A stretch of 64,000 nt of DNA from an uncultured Alphaproteobacteria bacterium (GTDB taxonomy: Bacteria > Pseudomonadota > Alphaproteobacteria > Rhizobiales > Xanthobacteraceae), in NCBI GenBank assembly GCA_963720385.1, contig CAVRFL010000018.1, forward strand, positions 25,609 through 89,608. Direction: 5' to 3'. Positions 59,537 to 64,000 of this stretch are shown one piece after another. The stretch's first letter is position 1, and each line of letters begins with the position of its first letter. Below the pieces are notes generated by a model that made no database searches, was not told where the DNA came from, and worked only from the letters and a program-made list of their open reading frames with translations. The translations under genes were made by a program, and so were the position numbers.

Positions 59537-60667
59537 CTATCTCATGACCGTCCTGCCCATTCCTTCCTTGATCGCGGCACGGGCGCGCGCAATCACCTCC
59601 GGCGGGCTCGCATAGACGCTGCGGACCAGCGACTGGATTTCGTCGCCGCTCACGGGGTCGACGTCGAGGTTCTGCTGCTTGGCGTCGGCCAGGAACTCGG
59701 GATCCCTGAGCGTGGCGTCAAAGGCGCGCCACAACGCTTGCAGCCGCTCGGCCGGAACGTCGGGGGAAGTCACGAACGGATATGACATCGATTGCCGCAC
59801 GAAGATGAGCTCGAGCACCTTGCGGTCGTTCTCATTGCCCGCCGCATCCATGATCAGCGGGACGTCACCCAGGGTCGGAAGCTTCTTGAGCGCGAGCTGA
59901 AGGATGATGTTGACCTTCTTGTCCCTGATCCAGTCCGCCTTGGCGGTGGCGAAATTGCCCCAGGAGGTGGCCGCGCTGCCGTCGGTCTCGCCGCGCTCGA
60001 TCGACAGCATGGTCTCGGCCGCGCCGGGATAGCCGGTGACGACCTTGAACTTCGTTCCAAGCACGCCGTTCATCACGTAGGGAAAGATCGCGCTGTCGGC
60101 TCCGGTTCCGGTGGCGGGTACGATCATGTCGCGCGCCCGCAGATCGGCGAGCGTCCGGAACGGCTTGGTGTGCCAGGCGAACACAACGCTCACCTCGGAG
60201 GCCGGACTGCCAAGCCAATTCAGCTTGGTGGCGTCGAACTGCACGCCGGTGTCGTCGAGCAGCGGCTGCATGGCGATACCGCGCGCGAACACGGCAATGT
60301 GGGTGCCGTCCTTGGGCGCCTGCGCGTAAATGAAGTTCGCCGCCTTCATGCTGCCGGCGCCTGGCATGTTCACAGGAACGACAGCAGGCCGGCCGGGAAT
60401 GTGCCTGCCAATGTGCCGCGCGATGGTGCGCGCGTAGATGTCATAAACCCCGCCTGGGGTGTAGCCGATATTGATGGTAACGCGGTTGGCCTTGTAGAAC
60501 GCCTCAAGCGATTGCGCCGACGCGCCACCTCCAGCCACCGCAACCAGCAGCACGGCGGCGGCAAGCGTCAGAAACTGGCGTATACAAGTGTCCCGAATCC
60601 GAAGTTCGCGCGCCCGTGCTGCAAATACGTTTGCCAACTTCGAATTCAAAGGGACACTGATATTCAT
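59537..60667 (-). CDS. Bug-related periplasmic binding protein (paralog of 55425..56462); start uncertain
   Basis: AVVPVNMPGAGSMKAANFIYAQAPKDGTHIA... The signal-like segment begins about residue 29. Confidence 0.7.
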   Translation of the reverse strand: MNISVPLNSKLANVFAARARELRIRDTCIRQFLTLAAAVLLVAVAGGGASAQSLEAFYKANRVTINIGYTPGGVYDIYARTIARHIGRHIPGRPAVVPVNMPGAGSMKAANFIYAQAPKDGTHIAVFARGIAMQPLLDDTGVQFDATKLNWLGSPASEVSVVFAWHTKPFRTLADLRARDMIVPATGTGADSAIFPYVMNGVLGTKFKVVTGYPGAAETMLSIERGETDGSAATSWGNFATAKADWIRDKKVNIILQLALKKLPTLGDVPLIMDAAGNENDRKVLELIFVRQSMSYPFVTSPDVPAERLQALWRAFDATLRDPEFLADAKQQNLDVDPVSGDEIQSLVRSVYASPPEVIARARAAIKEGMGRTVMR

Positions 60668-60769
60668 GGCTTGCTAGTGTGGGCTTTGGTTCACACGTTC
60701 GCTCCCGACCCGGCCGCAAAGCATGGCGAACTTCTGTACCGCCACACTCGTCTCCGGATCGACGTCGCC

Positions 60770-61360
60770 TCACGCGCTATTGCGAAGCGCCACGTCCAGG
60801 AGTCTGCGGCATTCGGCAAGCTCGTGCAACGCGGCCTGAAGCCGCCGCAGGTCTTCGCGGGGAATGCCGGTTGAGCCGGGCACCGGCGGGACCAGCCGCT
60901 GCGACGACGCCAGCGGTTCGGGACGAATGTCGGGCGGGGCAAATTCCGGCGGCGGTGCATCATTGCGATCACCGAGGAGCGCGGGAAGCAGTGCGAACAG
61001 GCCGCGGCTGCGCTCGGCCTCGCTGGCGGCGTCAGGCGCATCGGCGTCCTCGACCAGCTCGTCGACGTCGTTCTGGGTGTGCCGGGGGGCGGGATGCCCG
61101 GCCGCCTGCACGAATTTGATGCCCTGCTCGCGGATGATGCGTTGCACGCCGCGAATGGTGTACCCCTCGCCGTAGAGGAGGTGCCGGATGCCGCGCAGCA
61201 GCGCCACGTCGTCGGGACGATAGTAGCGCCGCCCGCCGCCACGCTTCATCGGCCTGATTTCGCGGAAGCGGCTTTCCCAAAACCGTAGCACGTGCTGCGG
61301 CACGTCGAGATCGACCGCCACTTCGCTGATGGTCCGGAATGCGTCCGGTGCCTTTTCCAC
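60770..61360 (-). CDS. MerR-family transcriptional regulator
   Basis: [66 protein letters not shown]. It lies directly upstream of ihfA on the minus strand. Confidence 0.85.
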   Translation of the reverse strand: MEKAPDAFRTISEVAVDLDVPQHVLRFWESRFREIRPMKRGGGRRYYRPDDVALLRGIRHLLYGEGYTIRGVQRIIREQGIKFVQAAGHPAPRHTQNDVDELVEDADAPDAASEAERSRGLFALLPALLGDRNDAPPPEFAPPDIRPEPLASSQRLVPPVPGSTGIPREDLRRLQAALHELAECRRLLDVALRNSA

Positions 61361-61391
61361 CGCAGCCCTGCCCCTTTAGACTGCCCCGAGG

Positions 61392-61712
61392 TTATTCATC
61401 GCTGCCGTTTGCCCCTTCGGGCAGGCCGTTAATGCGCTGCTTGAGGATGGCGGATGGCTTGAACACCATGACGCGGCGCGGAGAGATTGGAACTTCCTTG
61501 CCGGTCTTTGGATTGCGGCCAATTCGCTGGCCTTTCTTGCGTACCACGAAGGAGCCGAAGGACGACAACTTCACCGTCTCGCCTCGTTCGAGGCAATCGG
61601 TGATTTCCTTCAGGACCAGTTCCACAAGTGTGGCAGACTCCGTGCGCGACAGTCCCACCTTCTGGTAGACCGCCTCGCAGAGGTCTGCGCGTGTAATCGT
61701 CTTTGCGCTCAT
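61392..61712 (-). CDS. ihfA: integration host factor subunit alpha
   Basis: [37 protein letters not shown]...[35 protein letters not shown]. Confidence 0.95.
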   Translation of the reverse strand: MSAKTITRADLCEAVYQKVGLSRTESATLVELVLKEITDCLERGETVKLSSFGSFVVRKKGQRIGRNPKTGKEVPISPRRVMVFKPSAILKQRINGLPEGANGSDE

Positions 61713-61820
61713 CGCCTGCCCCGCTTACGGCGATTAACATATCCCTCTGTTTTATCAAACGATATTCGCTTGCCGCGGGGAAAGTCAACCGGAACTAGAC
61801 GGAACTGGGGCAACCGTCCC

Positions 61821-62798
61821 CTACCACCGGATCAGGGTCGCCCCCCAGGTGAATCCCCCTCCCATGGCCTCCAGCATCACCAAATCGCCGCGTTTGATGC
61901 GGCGATCGGCCACCGCATCGGCCAATGCCAGTGGAATCGAGGCCGCCGAGGTGTTTCCGTGCCGGTCGAGCGTGAGCACCACCTGCTCGGGGGCCAGGCC
62001 GAGCTTGCGGGCAACCCCGTCAATGATCCGCTTGTTGGCCTGATGGGGCACGAACCAGTCGATGTCTTCCGACTGGAAGCCGGACTGTTCGAGGGCTCCC
62101 TCAACCGACTCCGATATCGCCCCAACCGCATAGCGGAAGACCTCGCGGCCATCCATGCGCAGATAGCCCACCGTCTGAGTCGAGGAGGGACCGCCGTCGA
62201 CATAGAGCTTGTCCCGGTAGCGGCCGTCGGAGCGCAGATAGGAGGTCAGGATGCCGCGATCCTCCTTGGTGCCGGCCTGCTCCTGGGCTTCCAGCACCAC
62301 CGCGCCGGCGCCGTCGCCGAACAACACGCAGGTGGTGCGATCCTTCCAGTCGAGAATGCGCGAGAACGTCTCCCCGCCGATGACCAGTGCCCGCTTGAAC
62401 GCACCCGAGCGCAACAGTCCGTCGGCGGTGGCGAGGCCGTAGATGAAGCCCGAACAGACCGCCTGCAAATCGAACGCCGCGCCATGGTGGATGCCGAGTT
62501 CGGCCTGCACGGTGACCGCGGTCGCGGGAAATGTCTGGTCGGGCGTGGACGTCGCCAGCACGATCAGGTCGATCGCCTGCGCGTCCACCTTGGCGTGTGC
62601 GAGCGCAGCGCGCGCCGCGTTCAGGCTCAGGTCGGAGGTCAATTCGCCGGGCGCGGCAATGCGGCGTTCGTGAATGCCGGTACGCTGTACGATCCACTCG
62701 TCGGTCGTGTCGACCGTTTGCGCCAACTCGGTATTGGTGAGAACGCGGCTCGGCAGGTAACTGCCACAGCCCAGGATAACGGAACGGATCATGCTCAC
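61821..62798 (-). CDS. fabH: 3-oxoacyl-ACP synthase III
   Basis: 325 aa with the active-site region [15 protein letters not shown] and HQAN/GNTSAAS motifs. Confidence 0.95.
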   Translation of the reverse strand: MSMIRSVILGCGSYLPSRVLTNTELAQTVDTTDEWIVQRTGIHERRIAAPGELTSDLSLNAARAALAHAKVDAQAIDLIVLATSTPDQTFPATAVTVQAELGIHHGAAFDLQAVCSGFIYGLATADGLLRSGAFKRALVIGGETFSRILDWKDRTTCVLFGDGAGAVVLEAQEQAGTKEDRGILTSYLRSDGRYRDKLYVDGGPSSTQTVGYLRMDGREVFRYAVGAISESVEGALEQSGFQSEDIDWFVPHQANKRIIDGVARKLGLAPEQVVLTLDRHGNTSAASIPLALADAVADRRIKRGDLVMLEAMGGGFTWGATLIRW

Positions 62799-63856
62799 GA
62801 ACGGCTCCCCCCGATGAGACGGGGCGGCAATTCATCATCACCCTCGCGCGAGAGCGTCTCCTGGATCCGCGCCAGCAGATCATGCCGGATCATGTCGTAG
62901 CCCATATCGACGGCATAAGCGAAGCCTTCGGCATCGGTCCCGCCGTGGCTCTTGATGACGATACCGTTCAATCCGAGGAACACGCCGCCATTGGCCTTGC
63001 GCGGATCCATGCTGCTGGCCAGCGAACCGAATGCACCGCGCGCGAACAGATAGCCGAGCCTCGACCAGATCGAGCGGCTCATCGCCGCCTTGAGCAGATG
63101 TGCAATCTGGCGGGCCGTGCCTTCGGCGGCCTTCAGCGCAATATTGCCCGCGAAACCTTCCGTGACGACCACGTCGACGACGCCCTGCCCGATGTCGTCA
63201 CCTTCGACGAAGCCGACATAGTCGAGGAACGGCAGATTGCGCTCGCGCAGGATCTTTCCGGCCTCCCGCACCTCCTCCAGGCCTTTCACCTCCTCGACCC
63301 CGATGTTCAGCAGGCCGACGGTGGGCCGTTCGCGCCCAAACAAGATCCGCGCCATCGCCGAACCCATCACCGCGAGATCGACGAGATGCGGAGCATCGGC
63401 ACCGATGCTGGCGCCGAGGTCGAGCACGATCAACTCGCCGCGCACAGTCGGCCAGCGCGCCGCGATCGCGGGTCGGTCGATCCCGGCCATGGTCTTGAGC
63501 TGGAATTTTGCCAGCGCCATCAGCGCGCCGGTATTGCCGGCGGAGACCGCAAGGTCCGCTTCCCCGCGCTTGACCGCATCGATCGCAAGCGACATCGAGG
63601 ATTTCCAACGCCCCTGGCGCAGCGCCTGACTCGGCTTGGCATTCATCGCGATCGCGACATCGGTGTGGATGATTCGCGCCGCCGCTTTGAGCTGCGGCCG
63701 CGCATCGACCAGCGGCGCGATCAGGGCGCGGTCGCCGAACAGCAGGAACTCGATGCCGGGGTGCCGGTCGAGCGAGACCTGGGCGCCGGGAACGATGACG
63801 GACGGACCAAAGTCGCCCCCCATGGCGTCAAGCGCGATACGAACTTTATTCGGCAT
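62795..63856 (-). CDS. plsX: phosphate acyltransferase PlsX
   Basis: [24 protein letters not shown]...KSHGG. ATG at 63856 is preferred over upstream in-frame starts; 4-nt overlap with fabH. Confidence 0.93.
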   Translation of the reverse strand: MPNKVRIALDAMGGDFGPSVIVPGAQVSLDRHPGIEFLLFGDRALIAPLVDARPQLKAAARIIHTDVAIAMNAKPSQALRQGRWKSSMSLAIDAVKRGEADLAVSAGNTGALMALAKFQLKTMAGIDRPAIAARWPTVRGELIVLDLGASIGADAPHLVDLAVMGSAMARILFGRERPTVGLLNIGVEEVKGLEEVREAGKILRERNLPFLDYVGFVEGDDIGQGVVDVVVTEGFAGNIALKAAEGTARQIAHLLKAAMSRSIWSRLGYLFARGAFGSLASSMDPRKANGGVFLGLNGIVIKSHGGTDAEGFAYAVDMGYDMIRHDLLARIQETLSREGDDELPPRLIGGSRS

Positions 63857-63964
63857 GAACGACCTTGAAGGCGCATCGACCGCCGCCGGACTCTTGCTCA
63901 TCCGGAAGTGACTCCGATTGACCATAGCCTGCCGGCCCGGGCCGATGCCAGTATGGTTCAACGG

Positions 63965-64000
63965 TCATGAACCGCCCTGGCCCTTCTTCAGCGCGGCCAA
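63965..64000 (-). CDS. 3' end of an unidentified gene cut by the window edge (...LAALKKGQGGS*)
   Basis: Only 11 codons plus the stop are visible, so no product can be assigned. Confidence 0.2.
   Translation of the reverse strand: MAALKKGQGGS

Overview
High-GC (~64%) alphaproteobacterial chromosome segment. Gene content and the GTAGCCCGG-type REP palindrome point to Bradyrhizobiaceae/Nitrobacteraceae (inference only).

Layout:
- 1-17.4 kb, conserved housekeeping backbone: an HU-like gene, tRNA-Val, lon-clpX-clpP, tig, tRNA-Leu, nnr, glnB-glnA and HpnG/HpnA-like genes.
- 18-23 kb, accessory patch: four short CTAG-bounded palindromic elements with an 841-bp IS5-family (IS427-like) IS inserted between them, an orphan ATP-grasp gene, a ~1-kb phage remnant bounded by an 18-bp direct repeat, and a GGDEF gene.
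- 23-31.8 kb, core genes: rpsI-rplM, an enoyl-CoA hydratase, metY, ctaA and a polysaccharide deacetylase.
- 31.9-43.0 kb: an ~11-kb element integrated at tRNA-Pro(GGG), bounded by a 45-bp direct repeat with one mismatch. It carries a phage-satellite-like gene set (P4-type integrase, AlpA-like HTH, PrimPol-D5 helicase, HK97 capsid, VRR-NUC). Almost every gene longer than 300 bp in it is broken by single-base frameshifts.
- 43.1-44.0 kb: a second, inverted, near-identical copy of the IS.
- 44-60.7 kb, catabolic/transport cluster: six Bug/TctC-type binding proteins, a cyclase, an amidohydrolase, two cupins, a TauD dioxygenase, a lone Mo-hydroxylase large subunit and c-type cytochromes.
- 60.8-64 kb: a MerR-family gene, ihfA, fabH and plsX.

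No rRNA genes or CRISPR arrays were seen.

Most notable observations:
- A stand-alone ClpX zinc-binding-domain ORF is translationally coupled to clpP.
- The decayed satellite-like island has a candidate iteron/hairpin origin.
- The island carries an intact peptide gene with a double-glycine-type leader.
- Apparent +/-1 frameshifts also occur in three non-island genes. These could be assembly errors and need read-level checking.

Many long ORFs in the six-frame track are GC-bias artefacts lying antisense or out of frame to real genes.
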